Source: an uncultured cyanobacterium (GTDB taxonomy: Bacteria > Cyanobacteriota > Cyanobacteriia > Pseudanabaenales > Pseudanabaenaceae). Taken from it: a DNA stretch of 64,000 nt. A program made the position numbers and the translations under genes. The stretch covers positions 2,976,001 through 3,040,000 of the forward strand of contig OY969811.1 of NCBI GenBank assembly GCA_963703315.1, written 5' to 3'. The notes under the pieces were generated by a model, which had not been told where the DNA came from, searched no databases, and worked only from the letters and a program-made list of their open reading frames with translations. Of this stretch, positions 1 through 11,024 are shown one piece after another (the stretch's first letter is position 1; every line of letters starts with the position of its first letter).

Positions 1-415
1 TATTTTTGGCGCAATGGACAAATATCTGCTGCCCTTTTCTTTTAGCGATCGCCTCTAAAAATCTATCTAAATCATCAATGGTTGGATGCTCCCAAATTAC
101 AGGAATTGAGATATATTCCATGCCTAAAGATGCCACTATCTCAGCTTCATTAGCGATCGCCCCTTCTGAAGTCGGCAAGGCAAGGTTAATCACCGTTTCA
201 TAACCAGCATCAGCAATAATCGCAAACTGTTCAATCCTCGGTTGCCCTGAAGTGGCGAGTTGGTCAGATATTGATAAAAAATTTACAATCTCATGTAGGC
301 GATCGCTATTCGAGTTAGCAAACAGTTTAGTTCCCATTTCTGTTTTGGCGGAAAAAATTAGATAGATAATCAGCAATGTAATGCCTAGTAGCATTGGCAT
401 CCCATCAATATTCAT
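1..415 (-). CDS. Cys-based protein tyrosine phosphatase-like protein (DUF442/beta-lactamase-hydrolase-like), C-terminus runs off the window
   Basis: Not in the ORF track; translated by hand: [32 protein letters not shown]...LATSGQP...GYETVINLA...GMEYISIPVIWEHPT...IFVHCAKN. ATG at 415 overlaps the purE TGA; alternative start at 337. Confidence 0.8.
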   Translation of the reverse strand, partial: MNIDGMPMLLGITLLIIYLIFSAKTEMGTKLFANSNSDRLHEIVNFLSISDQLATSGQPRIEQFAIIADAGYETVINLALPTSEGAIANEAEIVASLGMEYISIPVIWEHPTIDDLDRFLEAIAKRKGQQIFVHCAKN

Positions 416-954
416 CACATTTGTTGCAAATACTTTTCACTTCCTAACTCTTCTAACTTTTCTTGCTTCTCCATTACCATATCCTTGAGAGATTGACGAT
501 AAGCGATGACTTTTGTGAGAAGCTCAGGATTGTGGCTGGCGAGAATCTGGACGGCTAGCAGTCCTGCATTATCAGCATTGCCGATCGCCACAGTGGCGAC
601 AGGAATTCCTTTAGGCATTTGCACAATCGAATAAAGGGAATCAATACCGCTAAGTTGTCTAGTAGAAACTGGCACACCAATTACAGGCAGAGGTGAAAGC
701 GCCGCCACCATTCCTGGTAAGTGGGCTGCACCACCTGCTCCCGCAATAATTACTTTGATGCCGCGAGTATGGGCAGTTTTGGCAAATTCCACCATTCTCT
801 CAGGGGTACGGTGTGCAGAAATAATCGCGACTTCGTGGGGAATATCAAATTGTTGGCAAATAGCGATCGCGCCTTGCATGGTGGGTAGATCGGAGTCGCT
901 ACCCATGATGATGCTGACTTGTGGTTGATGTGAATTACTGTCTTTTGGTTTCAT
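415..954 (-). CDS. purE: N5-carboxyaminoimidazole ribonucleotide mutase
   Basis: [37 protein letters not shown] motifs; start chosen at MKPKD (ORF track starts at 981). Confidence 0.97.
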   Translation of the reverse strand: MKPKDSNSHQPQVSIIMGSDSDLPTMQGAIAICQQFDIPHEVAIISAHRTPERMVEFAKTAHTRGIKVIIAGAGGAAHLPGMVAALSPLPVIGVPVSTRQLSGIDSLYSIVQMPKGIPVATVAIGNADNAGLLAVQILASHNPELLTKVIAYRQSLKDMVMEKQEKLEELGSEKYLQQM

Positions 955-2758
955 TGATTTGCCATTGTTTTGTAGTTTCATTCCAAACTAAGCTCATTCG
1001 CAAAGTTTCAGGAAAAGTAGCTTTATCTTTGCGATAGGTGAGATCAATATCAATGATTGCAGAGTTCTCTTTAGATTCAACAAGACGCGCATCCTTAATT
1101 GAAACTTGATCGACAGTTCGCCACCAATCAGTAAAAGTAGAATATCCACCAGCCCGATCGCTTTGAAATTTGGGAGTGAGGTTTTTCCATGCATCTTGAA
1201 ATTGGCGATCATTAATCAGACTATAATAATCTCTAATTGCTTGTTCTGGAGAAGGCTTTGCAGGTGATGGCGTTGGTGTTGGAGTCTTTGATGGCGTTGC
1301 CGTGGGCGTGGGTGTAGATGCAACTTGTGGTAAATCGCTGCCAGTAATTCGCTGCACTGGATCTTTGGCATTAGGGCTAGCAAAGGCACAATAGGCATCA
1401 TTAATAAATTTGAGATGATCCTGTAGCTTAGCCTTACAGCTTTCCATATCTTGGAATTGACTGGTATAGACTTGCTGAAATTGACTATTTCCTAAATTGG
1501 CATAGTCTGGGATCCAAAATACGCCTGCATCTTTATAACCTAGAGATTTTAATTTTTCTACTCTGAGATTCGCTTTGTCTAAATCTGCAAAAGCAGAATC
1601 TGCTAGAAAATAGAATGGAACTTTGGTGGCTGACTTACTGAAAGGAAAGATTTTATTCCAGAGAGCAACGATACCGCCATTTTGAGAGACGACTACACCT
1701 AGTGAGATCGCTGCTCCAATTGCACCACCGACAATGACTATTGCAAATAACTGACCGAACACCTTTTTCTTAGGATCTTGTTGGGGCTGGTAGACATAAA
1801 CAGACTGATCGGGAATTGTCGGTGGTATATATCCTCCTCTAGGATTGACCGCAACAGTCTGCATACTCGACATTGCTGGGGTGATCGGCAGCGTTTTAAG
1901 AGAATTTGATGGATTTAAGGGCTGATTTGGTTGCAATGCTGCTAGCATTTCTCGCGCAGAGCTATAGCGATCGCGGGGGTCAAATTGTAAAACCTTCGCA
2001 AATATTGCCTTTAAATCCGCACTAATTGCCATTACCTGAGACTGCCAAAGCACTTCCCCCGTTTGAGGATCAGTACCAATCTCTTGCGGATATTTACCCG
2101 TCAGCGCAAAGATCGCCGTTAAAGCCAAACTATACAGATCACTAGCAAAAAATGGTCTACCCGCAGCCTGTTCTGATGCCATAAATCCCGGTGTGCCAAT
2201 CACAATCGAATGTGCTTGCTGCGAGGAACTGCGGATTGTGCTGACATTGAGCGTTTCCTTAACTGCACCGAAATCTATTAATACAGGTTCTCCCGATCGC
2301 AAAATAATGTTGTCAGGCTTGATATCTCGGTGAATAATGCCGCGATCATGGACATAGATTAGAGTTTGCAAAATGCTGATGAGTAATTTTCTCACCGCAT
2401 CTTCATTCCATTTTCCATTACGTTCAATTGTTTCCGTAAGAGTTAGCCCATCAATCCATTCTTGAACTAAATAAAATAATCCATTTTCCGCAAAATTCGC
2501 ATAGAGTTTAGGAATATAACGACTTTCTTCACCCAAAGTTTCTAGTACCGCCGCCTCACGGTGAAATCTTTGTTGCAGTAATTCATACATTTGCGGATTG
2601 TCAGCAACGGGTTTAAGCTGCTTAATCACACATCGACGGTTCGAGGGCATTTTGGTGTCTTCAGCCAAATAGGTTTCCCCAAAGCCGCCACTACCTAGGA
2701 CGCTAGTGACGCGATAGCGGTTATCTAAAAGGTTTGACATCATGGGGGTTGTATTCAT
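935..2758 (-). CDS. Membrane-anchored Hanks-type Ser/Thr protein kinase with extracytoplasmic C-terminal domains
   Basis: [36 protein letters not shown]; one TM segment ([21 protein letters not shown]); Pro/Thr linker; start at MNTTP. Confidence 0.93.
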   Translation of the reverse strand: MNTTPMMSNLLDNRYRVTSVLGSGGFGETYLAEDTKMPSNRRCVIKQLKPVADNPQMYELLQQRFHREAAVLETLGEESRYIPKLYANFAENGLFYLVQEWIDGLTLTETIERNGKWNEDAVRKLLISILQTLIYVHDRGIIHRDIKPDNIILRSGEPVLIDFGAVKETLNVSTIRSSSQQAHSIVIGTPGFMASEQAAGRPFFASDLYSLALTAIFALTGKYPQEIGTDPQTGEVLWQSQVMAISADLKAIFAKVLQFDPRDRYSSAREMLAALQPNQPLNPSNSLKTLPITPAMSSMQTVAVNPRGGYIPPTIPDQSVYVYQPQQDPKKKVFGQLFAIVIVGGAIGAAISLGVVVSQNGGIVALWNKIFPFSKSATKVPFYFLADSAFADLDKANLRVEKLKSLGYKDAGVFWIPDYANLGNSQFQQVYTSQFQDMESCKAKLQDHLKFINDAYCAFASPNAKDPVQRITGSDLPQVASTPTPTATPSKTPTPTPSPAKPSPEQAIRDYYSLINDRQFQDAWKNLTPKFQSDRAGGYSTFTDWWRTVDQVSIKDARLVESKENSAIIDIDLTYRKDKATFPETLRMSLVWNETTKQWQINETKRQ

Positions 2759-2763
2759 CGCTA

Positions 2764-3876
2764 TTAGCGATCGTACAGCATAAATAGTGTTTTGCGTTGC
2801 CTGCAAGGTTCTGGAGTTTGATTCCCGATGAGTTCAAGCTGATCCTTAATCTCTTGTTTTAGGTTATGAAAATCTGATTTTTGAGATGCTAACGGATCGT
2901 CAATCGAATATACTTGCACGATCGCTTCCCTTCCTTTGGCATAGAAATCACCCATTTTTAGGATCTTCCAATGATCGCTAAGTCCATCGCGTACTGCTTC
3001 AGAAAATACTAAAAATCTATTTAACTGTCTAGTTAGCGATTCAATTCTTGAGGCAACATTGACTGCATCGCCGATTACTGTATATTCTTTTTTGATTTGA
3101 GAACCTATATTTCCTTCTAAAACCGTTCCTTTTGATAATCCAATACCAATATAGAGAACTCGTAAGGGGCTATTAACAGGTGCGCGATCGCGTAAAATCT
3201 CTAATTCTGAGAGAATGTTTAGACTTGCTTGTAAAGCTTCATCGGCGCGATCGCCATCGAAATATGCCATCACACAATCGCCTATAAATTTTGTGACTTC
3301 CCCACCCTTCGCAACGATCTCTGAAGTGCAAACTGTAAAAAATTGGTTTAGTAACTCTACAACCTCGGTCACTTGTAATTTTTCAGTAATACTCGCAAAG
3401 CCCATCACATCCGCGAATAAAATGATTTTTTCAGTATAGCGAGGAATTAAAGTAAGTGGATTGATGCCATTTTCCATAGCCTGCAAAACCCCTGAATGAG
3501 TATAATTCGCTAAAACAGCTTTTGACTCTCCCAAGGCTTGCAGCAATATCTTGATCGGTTGAAGTAAAGTATCGGTGTTATCTTCTAGCCTGATTACTTT
3601 CATCGACCAATTGGGGAAATATTTCTCAGTAATGTTTCGCTCCAACTTAATACATACAACTTGATGGTGACGATCATCTTTTAAGATTTTTTCATACAAA
3701 TGATCGATACGATCTTCCTCACCTTCCAAAATTTGCAAAAAAGTTCTGTTACAACTTAGTAAAATTCCTGTAATCCCCTCCTTAGCATTATTTACTTGCG
3801 AAATATTTTCGATGTTTTCTATTTCCGTTCTCGTAAGCGATCGCGAGAAGTTACTGATATAGGTTAGCCTTTTCAT
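2764..3876 (-). CDS. BLUF-domain photoactivated adenylyl cyclase (bPAC/OaPAC-like), copy B
   Basis: BLUF Tyr6, Gln48 and WSM motif; class III cyclase FADVMGF, TKFIGD, YTVIGDAVNVASR. Confidence 0.93.
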   Translation of the reverse strand: MKRLTYISNFSRSLTRTEIENIENISQVNNAKEGITGILLSCNRTFLQILEGEEDRIDHLYEKILKDDRHHQVVCIKLERNITEKYFPNWSMKVIRLEDNTDTLLQPIKILLQALGESKAVLANYTHSGVLQAMENGINPLTLIPRYTEKIILFADVMGFASITEKLQVTEVVELLNQFFTVCTSEIVAKGGEVTKFIGDCVMAYFDGDRADEALQASLNILSELEILRDRAPVNSPLRVLYIGIGLSKGTVLEGNIGSQIKKEYTVIGDAVNVASRIESLTRQLNRFLVFSEAVRDGLSDHWKILKMGDFYAKGREAIVQVYSIDDPLASQKSDFHNLKQEIKDQLELIGNQTPEPCRQRKTLFMLYDR

Positions 3877-3948
3877 AAAATTGCGATATTGATAAGTTAT
3901 ATTCATCGCTAATTAGCGATTGATCGTACAGAATAAACAGTGCTTTGC

Positions 3949-5025
3949 TTACACTAACTCTGGGGTTTGACTACCAATCATTTCCAGATGCTGTGTAATT
4001 TCTAGTTTTAACTTTTGAAAATCTGATTTCTGGAAAGTTAAAAGATCATCAATCGAATACACCTCAACGATCGCCTCTTTGCCTTTTGCCTTAAAATCGC
4101 CCAGTCGCACAGGTCGCCAGCGATCGCTTAATCCCTTACGCACCGCCGCCGAAAATACTAAGAACCGATTTAACTGCCTAGTCAATGCTTCAATGCGTGA
4201 GGCAACATTCACCGCATCCCCGATGACGGTATATTCTTTTTTAGTTTGAGAACCAATATTTCCTTCCAATACAGTTCCCTTCGACAATCCAATACCAATA
4301 TAGAGAACCCGCAAAGGACTATTCGCAGGTGCTTGATTGCGTAAAATTTCTAGCTCGGCAAGAATATCCAAACTTGCTTGTAAAGCTCCATCTGCCTGAT
4401 CGCCATCAAAATACGCCATCACGCAATCACCAATAAACTTAGTTACTTCACCACCTCTAGCAGCGATCGCCTTCGTACAAATGGTAAAAAATTGATTGAG
4501 CAAATCAACCACTTCTGTGACTTCTAATTTCTCCGTAATGGTGGTAAAACTAATGATGTCGGCAAAGAAAATGATTTTTTCAGTATATCGTGGCGTAAGC
4601 GTGAGAGGATTAATGCCTTTCTCAATGGCTTGCAAAACCCCTGACTGGGTGTAGTTTGCCAAAATTGTTTGTGATTCGCCTAATGTTTGGAGCAAAATCT
4701 TGATTGGTTGCAACAAAATATCGTTATTTTCATCAAGGACGATTACTTCCATTGACCAATCAGGAAAGCGGCGCTGTAAGACATTTAGTTCCGATTTGAG
4801 GCAGAGAATTTGATTATGTCGTTCATCTTCTAAAATCTTTGTATAAAGTCTGTCAATTCTATCTTCTTCTCCTTCTAAAATCTGAAAAAATATCCCCCCA
4901 CAACATAGTAAAACTCCCGTGATGCCTTCCCTAGAGTTATTAGTTTGAGAGATATGACCAATACTTTCAATTTCCTTTTTGGTAAGCGATCGCGCAAACT
5001 TACTGATGTAGGTTAACCTTTTCAT
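3949..5025 (-). CDS. BLUF-domain photoactivated adenylyl cyclase (bPAC/OaPAC-like), copy A
   Basis: MKRLTYISKF...GIFFQILEG...FPDWSM; FADIISF, TKFIGD, YTVIGDAVNVASR. Confidence 0.95.
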   Translation of the reverse strand: MKRLTYISKFARSLTKKEIESIGHISQTNNSREGITGVLLCCGGIFFQILEGEEDRIDRLYTKILEDERHNQILCLKSELNVLQRRFPDWSMEVIVLDENNDILLQPIKILLQTLGESQTILANYTQSGVLQAIEKGINPLTLTPRYTEKIIFFADIISFTTITEKLEVTEVVDLLNQFFTICTKAIAARGGEVTKFIGDCVMAYFDGDQADGALQASLDILAELEILRNQAPANSPLRVLYIGIGLSKGTVLEGNIGSQTKKEYTVIGDAVNVASRIEALTRQLNRFLVFSAAVRKGLSDRWRPVRLGDFKAKGKEAIVEVYSIDDLLTFQKSDFQKLKLEITQHLEMIGSQTPELV

Positions 5026-5280
5026 ATAACTGAGATATTTATTTTAACGAAAGAATTTTATTCCCAACATAATTTAAGCCCCTCCCCTACTTACTTGTAA
5101 CTCAAATAACAACCGTAAGGTAATCAGCAATAAAGCGTAACTATAGTGCAGTTTTTTAATACTGCTTTAAGTATAAATGTATCACGAAATACATTTTGTT
5201 TGGACGGTTTCTCGATTGCTGCTCACAGGTTGCGATAGGATTAAAATTACTACTTTTAAGTTTATAAATAAGTATTTACC

Positions 5281-5994
5281 ATGAGTATTTCTGCTGAAGA
5301 CATTAAGAAGTTAAAACAAGAAGTTGGCATCGCGGCAGCACAAAGAGTGAAGTCGGGCATGGTAGTTGGTCTAGGCACTGGCTCCACAACTGCCTTCGCG
5401 ATCGAGGAATTAGGACGACGCATTGCGACAGGTGAACTCACCGATATTGTTGGTATCCCCACTTCTTTCCAAGCTTCAGTCTTGGGCAAAAAATATGGTA
5501 TTCCCATCCGTAGCCTTGATGATGTCGATCGCGTAGATGTGGCGATCGATGGTGCTGATGAGGTTGACCCCAATAAAACCTTGATTAAGGGCGGCGGCGC
5601 TGCTCACACCCGCGAGAAAGTTGTCGATTCCTTCGCTGCACTATTTATCGTCGTGGTTGATGAATCTAAACTAGTCGATAAACTAGGTTCAACTTTTGCC
5701 GTACCCATCGAAGTTTTACCGATGGCAGTTGCCCCTGTCACTAGAGCCGTCGAAAAGTTAGGTGGCAAGCCTGAACTACGGATGGGTGTTAAAAAAGATG
5801 GTCCCGTCATTACCGATCAAGGCAACATGGTTTTAGATGTTACTTTTGAAGCAATCGCTGATGCTGCCGACCTAGAGAAAACCTTAAACAATATCCCTGG
5901 GGTAGTCGAAAATGGTCTATTTGTCGGTGTCACTGATGTGATTTTAGTCGGTGAGTTTAAGGACGGAAAACCTCAAATTCGCGAGATTTCTTAA
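5281..5994 (+). CDS. rpiA: Ribose-5-phosphate isomerase A
   Basis: GLGTGST, DGADEVD, KGGGAA motifs. Confidence 0.97.
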   Translation: MSISAEDIKKLKQEVGIAAAQRVKSGMVVGLGTGSTTAFAIEELGRRIATGELTDIVGIPTSFQASVLGKKYGIPIRSLDDVDRVDVAIDGADEVDPNKTLIKGGGAAHTREKVVDSFAALFIVVVDESKLVDKLGSTFAVPIEVLPMAVAPVTRAVEKLGGKPELRMGVKKDGPVITDQGNMVLDVTFEAIADAADLEKTLNNIPGVVENGLFVGVTDVILVGEFKDGKPQIREIS

Positions 5995-6078
5995 CCCCTC
6001 CCTAGCCCTCCCCTTGCGAAGGGGAGGGAACGAAATTTCTCGTCTTCCCCCTTTGCAAGGGGGAATTAAAGGGGGTTA
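5992..6078. repeat. REP-like composite palindrome between the convergent rpiA and cbiT stop codons
   Basis: TAACCCC...GGGGGTTA outer inverted ends; inner hairpins CCCTCCCCTT-GCG-AAGGGGAGGG and TTCCCCCTT-TGC-AAGGGGGAA. Confidence 0.75.
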
Positions 6079-6675
6079 TATTTTTTCGCCACTAATAATA
6101 AACATAGGGCTAACGGCAGCAAAAACTTGACGATTGCCACGAGTTTCTAAGCGGTTTACCGATGATTGTACAACTTCTACATTACGAGCTTGTAACTTCG
6201 CGAAGCTCTCCGAAATTGCATATAAACCTTCAAGACTATTTGTAGTAGCGATCGCCCTGCCCTCTGACTGTAAACGCTCCCAACTATATTCAAGAATTTC
6301 CGATACCGATCGCCCACCTTCGATACAAATGCGATCGGGGTTAGTTGTAAGGCTAGTCAAACATTCTGGCGCACTGCCAATTTTGATTTCCACATTATTT
6401 ACCCCAAATTTTTTGCAGTTTACGGCAATCAACCCTGCTACATCTTCATCCCGCTCGATCGCCACAATCTGTCCTTGAGGACATAGTAAACCTGTCTCAA
6501 TCGGAATCGTCCCAGTACCTGCACCAATATCCCACAGCACCGAGTTAGCCTTGAGCCGCAACTGTCCAATAATTAAGAGTCTTGTTTCACATTTGCTCAT
6601 GGGTATTCCTGGTAAGCGATCGAATAATTCGTCAGGAATGCCAGGAGTGACATAAGACCAGATAAGTTCAGGCAT
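6076..6675 (-). CDS. cbiT: Precorrin-6Y C5,15-methyltransferase (decarboxylating) subunit
   Basis: WSYVTPGIPDELF, SAM-binding LWDIGAGTG, RICIEGG. Confidence 0.9.
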   Translation of the reverse strand: MPELIWSYVTPGIPDELFDRLPGIPMSKCETRLLIIGQLRLKANSVLWDIGAGTGTIPIETGLLCPQGQIVAIERDEDVAGLIAVNCKKFGVNNVEIKIGSAPECLTSLTTNPDRICIEGGRSVSEILEYSWERLQSEGRAIATTNSLEGLYAISESFAKLQARNVEVVQSSVNRLETRGNRQVFAAVSPMFIISGEKI

Positions 6676-6724
6676 GAGCTTAGCGCACAATATGGTTAAA
6701 CATGATCAATATAGCGCAGATCCT

Positions 6725-6811
6725 AAGAGTAAAGGGGACGCTAAGCGCCCCCTTTACTCTTGGATATTGTGACCAGACAAATAGGGAACTGCGCTATGCG
6801 TGGTTCCCTAT
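6725..6811. repeat. Two adjacent hairpins downstream of rnj (possible terminator or processing sites)
   Basis: AAGAGTAAAGGGGaCGC-TAA-GCGcCCCCTTTACTCTT (6725-6761) and ATAGGGAACtgCGC-TAT-GCGtgGTTCCCTAT (6781-6811). Confidence 0.7.
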
Positions 6812-6816
6812 GACTT

Positions 6817-8718
6817 TTAAACTGTTGCCGCCGTGCGCTTGCGTCTGCCAGCACTAACCGTACCCGTAGTCGTCGGCACTTCACTATTGGTAGAGACAAC
6901 AGCCGCAACGTTGCCATTACTTCCATTTTCAATCTTAGGAATAACTTTGCCGCTGCCTGATTTGAGGGTTACACCTAATGCATTGGGCTTAGGTGCAGGG
7001 GCAGGTGCAGACTGGGTAGAATTTGGAGGTGTTTGTAATAGGAATACAATCACTGGTTTACTTTGAATATGTTGGCGCAACACACGGGTGAGGTCGCGCT
7101 CAAGTTGTCCACGTAAGCCAGTCCAATCTACTTCTAGAGAACCAACATTACGGGCAAAGTTGTCCCAAGAATTAGCTAAGGAATTGTCGATCGCCTTGGC
7201 AACTAAAGCAATAATTTGGGAATGTTCCATCGGTAGAACCACACCGCTTAATTGAATGTCTGGATTTGTGGCAAGCTTACCATCAAGACCCACAGACACC
7301 GCGATCGAGAAGATACCTTCACCAGAAATTTGTTGGCGATCGCGCAATACATCACCTTTCACCATGCCATCGCGAGATGAGTCAACTAGTTCGACACCAG
7401 AAGGAACCTTATCGACGATTTTCATGTAGTTTTGGCAAACTTCAACCACATCACCATTTTCGGCAATGACGATATTTTCGCTAGGAATACCCATTGCTTC
7501 CGCCATCTTGGCGTGCTGCTTCAGCATTCTCAATTCACCATGAGCAGGGAAGAAGAACTTCGGACGGACAAGCGCCAACATCATCTTATGCTCTTCTTGA
7601 GAGCCATGTCCTGAAACGTGAATACCTTTATCATTACCATAAATCACATTCGCACCCAGAGCCATCAATCTGTCAATGGTACGCACCACAGGAATAGTAT
7701 TGCCTGGGATTGGATTAGCAGAGAAAATAATCGTATCGCCTTGACGAACTTCCAGTTGTCTATGGCTGCAATGGGACATTCTGGTTAACGCCGACATTGA
7801 CTCACCTTGCGAACCTGTAGTCAAAATTAGAATTTGATCATCGCGGTAATGACGCAGATTTTGCAAAGGTTGGAATAGATCATCACGGCACTTGATATAG
7901 CCGAGGTTACGGGCATGGGCTATCACGTTTAGCATCGATCGCCCAACCACGCCAACCACACGCCCTTGTTTATCAGCGATATCCAAAATCATGTTTACAC
8001 GATGCACTGAAGAAGCAAAGGTGGTGATAATCACGCGACCTTTTGCCATCATGATGTATTTCTCAAGGTTAGGATATACGGCTCTTTCCGAAGGCGTAAT
8101 GCCGGGGCGTTCCGCATTAGTCGAATCACTAATTAAAGCCAATACGCCTTTTTCGCCATGTTCAGCTAGACGTGCAAGGTCAAAGAATTCACCATCAACG
8201 GGAGTATGGTCAATTTTGAAATCACCAGAGTGAATTACCATTCCCGCAGGTGTATTAATCGCGATCGAGAAACTATCGGCGATCGAGTGGGTATTGCGAA
8301 TGAATTCCACAAAGAAGTTTGCACCGACCCGAACAACATCACGGGGCATGACACGGCGGAGTTCGGTACGATTGAGGACACCTGCTTCACGGAGCTTATC
8401 CTCCAGCAAAGCCATCGCCAAGCGAGGACCGTAAATAACAGGGATTTCAAACTGTTTCAAATGGAAAGAAATTGCCCCAATATGATCTTCATGACCATGA
8501 GTGACGATCATTCCCTTGATCTTATGCTTGTTGTCACGCAAGTAGGTCATGTCGGGCAAGACCACGTTTACTCCCGGCATCATGTTGTCAGGGAAGGACA
8601 AACCACCGTCAAGGAGCATGATTTCGTCGTTATATTCAAACACCCATGTGTTTTTGCCGATTTCATGAAGTCCACCGAGGGCAATAATTTTGAGAGCAGG
8701 CACGTTAGATGTAGTCAT
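6817..8718 (-). CDS. rnj: Ribonuclease J
   Basis: LGGLHEIGKN, THGHEDHIG, HVSGH beta-CASP motifs; lies downstream of dapA as usual in cyanobacteria. Confidence 0.96.
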   Translation of the reverse strand: MTTSNVPALKIIALGGLHEIGKNTWVFEYNDEIMLLDGGLSFPDNMMPGVNVVLPDMTYLRDNKHKIKGMIVTHGHEDHIGAISFHLKQFEIPVIYGPRLAMALLEDKLREAGVLNRTELRRVMPRDVVRVGANFFVEFIRNTHSIADSFSIAINTPAGMVIHSGDFKIDHTPVDGEFFDLARLAEHGEKGVLALISDSTNAERPGITPSERAVYPNLEKYIMMAKGRVIITTFASSVHRVNMILDIADKQGRVVGVVGRSMLNVIAHARNLGYIKCRDDLFQPLQNLRHYRDDQILILTTGSQGESMSALTRMSHCSHRQLEVRQGDTIIFSANPIPGNTIPVVRTIDRLMALGANVIYGNDKGIHVSGHGSQEEHKMMLALVRPKFFFPAHGELRMLKQHAKMAEAMGIPSENIVIAENGDVVEVCQNYMKIVDKVPSGVELVDSSRDGMVKGDVLRDRQQISGEGIFSIAVSVGLDGKLATNPDIQLSGVVLPMEHSQIIALVAKAIDNSLANSWDNFARNVGSLEVDWTGLRGQLERDLTRVLRQHIQSKPVIVFLLQTPPNSTQSAPAPAPKPNALGVTLKSGSGKVIPKIENGSNGNVAAVVSTNSEVPTTTGTVSAGRRKRTAATV

Positions 8719-8933
8719 AGGTTATCTCTTGTGTAAAGTAAAAAATAAAAGGTAAAAAGGAAAAAATTGAATGTTCAAAATGATTCAATTTAATGAGGAA
8801 GAACAAAACTTTGCGGTTCTAAATGCTTGGCTAGAATGACTAAAAAGGTATAGTTCCCCCACCAGTTCATTCTCAGTAAAAGCAGTAAAACTCTATGTCT
8901 CTGGATTTAAAGTTCACTTAAAGTTCTCAGAAG

Positions 8934-9827
8934 TTAGGCAAGGATTCCTACTTGCTCTAATACAGCTTTGAGCTTGGCTTCAAGTTCAGCAGTACCTGCA
9001 ACTAGAGGCGATCGCACCACGCCCGTATCTAATCCTAATAAGCGTAAAGCTAACTTTAAAGGAATTGGATTACTAGTTAAAAATAAAGCCTTAAACAAAG
9101 GAAAAAGCTGAATATGTATTTGTAAAGCTTCCTGAACTTTACCTGCGGTAAAGGATTGCATCATCATTTGTAGTTGCTTACCAACTAAATGCGAGGCAAC
9201 ACTAACAACTCCCTTTGCACCCACTGCCATCAAGGGCAGTGTTAGAGAGTCATCTCCTGAATAGATCGCAAAATCGGCTGGTGTGAGGGCGCGAATTTGA
9301 CTGGCTTGATCTAAATCGCCCGTTGCTTCCTTAATCCCGATGATACTGGGAATCTCAGCGAGTCTCGCAACGGTTTCAGGCTCTAGTTTGCAACCTGTAC
9401 GACTGGGAACATTATAGAGAAGAATCGGAAGCTCTGGTGCAGCCTCAGCGATCGCTCGAAAATGTTGATAGAGTCCTTCTTGCGGAGGTTTGTTGTAATA
9501 CGGTGTTACTTGCAGTGTACCATCTAATCCGAGATGTGCAGCTTTTGTCGTGGCTGCGATCGCCTCAGAAGTGGAATTTGATCCTGTACCTGCCATGATT
9601 TTCGCTTTACCAGCGATCGCCTTTTGCAGCACCGAAAACAACTGATATTCCTCATCCCAGCTTAGGGTTGGTGATTCACCTGTGGTCCCGCACACCACAA
9701 TCGTATCGGTTCCCGTCTCCACCAAATGAATGGCAAGCTTTTCTGCTTTCGCATAATCGACATTCCCTTCTATGTCGAAGGGAGTAATCATGGCTGTTAG
9801 TAAACGTCCGAAATCGATTTCACTCAT
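8934..9827 (-). CDS. dapA: 4-hydroxy-tetrahydrodipicolinate synthase
   Basis: [28 protein letters not shown]. Confidence 0.97.
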   Translation of the reverse strand: MSEIDFGRLLTAMITPFDIEGNVDYAKAEKLAIHLVETGTDTIVVCGTTGESPTLSWDEEYQLFSVLQKAIAGKAKIMAGTGSNSTSEAIAATTKAAHLGLDGTLQVTPYYNKPPQEGLYQHFRAIAEAAPELPILLYNVPSRTGCKLEPETVARLAEIPSIIGIKEATGDLDQASQIRALTPADFAIYSGDDSLTLPLMAVGAKGVVSVASHLVGKQLQMMMQSFTAGKVQEALQIHIQLFPLFKALFLTSNPIPLKLALRLLGLDTGVVRSPLVAGTAELEAKLKAVLEQVGILA

Positions 9828-9869
9828 AGATACTCATAAAATAGAAGCTTGTCGAAAGCTGATAAACCT

Positions 9870-10886
9870 TTAGAGAAGAGACTTAGCAATCAATAATTCC
9901 GCAATCTGGACTGCATTCAGTGCCGCACCTTTACGAATTTGATCGCCACATAGCCATAATTCCAAGCCATTCGGATGCGAAATATCTTGGCGAATTCTAC
10001 CTACTAGTACATCATCTTTGCCACTGGCATCAATCGGCATTGGGAAGTAGTTTTTGCTAAAGTCTTCAACCAACTGCACCCCAGCCGCCGATTCTAGAAT
10101 TTCTCTCGCTTTTTCGACGGGAAAAGGATGGGCAAATTCTAGATTAAGGGCTTCAGAATGCGCTCGTAATACGGGAACCCGTACACAGGTTGCCGTGATC
10201 CGAATATCTTGATCACCAAAAATCTTGCGAGTTTCATTCACCATTTTCATCTCTTCCTCACAATAGGAATTGTCAGTCATCGGTGAATTATGGGGAAACA
10301 GGTTAAACGCGAGGGGATAGGGCAGAATCTCAGCTACAGCAGGTTCACCGTTGAGAATTGCTTGTGACTGCACTTTTACCTCTTCCATTGCCCTTGCGCC
10401 TGCACCACTTGCCGATTGGTAAGTAGCAGCCACAATCCGTTTGATTGGCTGTACTTGATGCAGAGGATAGATTGCCACCGTCATCAAAATGGTGGTGCAA
10501 TTGGGATTAGCAATAATGCCCTTATGATGAGCCGCCGCTTCAGGATTGACCTCTGGCACAATCAAAGGCACATCGGGATGCATCCGAAAAGCACTAGAGT
10601 TATCAATGGATACGGCTCCTGCTTTCGCGGCGATCGGCAGCCATTTTTTGGAGATACTCCCACCTGCGGAAGCAAGCACAATTTGGACATCATCAAAAGA
10701 AGACTCGGTGACAGCTTCAATGATCAAATCTTCGCCAGCAAAGCGCACTGACTTACCAGCCGATCGCTCTGATGCAAGAACCTTTAGTTTTCCTAAAGGG
10801 AAATTTCTCTCTTCTAGCAATGCTAAAAGCTCTGTGCCGACCGCACCTGTTGCTCCAAGAATGGCAACGTTATATTTCCTACTCAA
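9870..10886 (-). CDS. asd: Aspartate-semialdehyde dehydrogenase
   Basis: GATGAVG, NPNCTT, RKGAALNAVQ; TTG start preceded by GGAGG. Confidence 0.97.
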   Translation of the reverse strand: MSRKYNVAILGATGAVGTELLALLEERNFPLGKLKVLASERSAGKSVRFAGEDLIIEAVTESSFDDVQIVLASAGGSISKKWLPIAAKAGAVSIDNSSAFRMHPDVPLIVPEVNPEAAAHHKGIIANPNCTTILMTVAIYPLHQVQPIKRIVAATYQSASGAGARAMEEVKVQSQAILNGEPAVAEILPYPLAFNLFPHNSPMTDNSYCEEEMKMVNETRKIFGDQDIRITATCVRVPVLRAHSEALNLEFAHPFPVEKAREILESAAGVQLVEDFSKNYFPMPIDASGKDDVLVGRIRQDISHPNGLELWLCGDQIRKGAALNAVQIAELLIAKSLL

Positions 10887-11024
10887 TGAACCTCCAAAAT
10901 AAAAACATCAAATTAAGTGGAAAACTTTTGCTAAGCCCAAGAGATGACTTATGTGTAGCTTTGTCATTTCTGTCTTGCTTAACCATATATTAACAAACTT
11001 TCGGAATATTGCTAGCTTTTTTGT

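Noticed and set aside
6..203. 65-aa plus-strand ORF
   Set aside because: Antisense shadow of the phosphatase-like gene on the minus strand.
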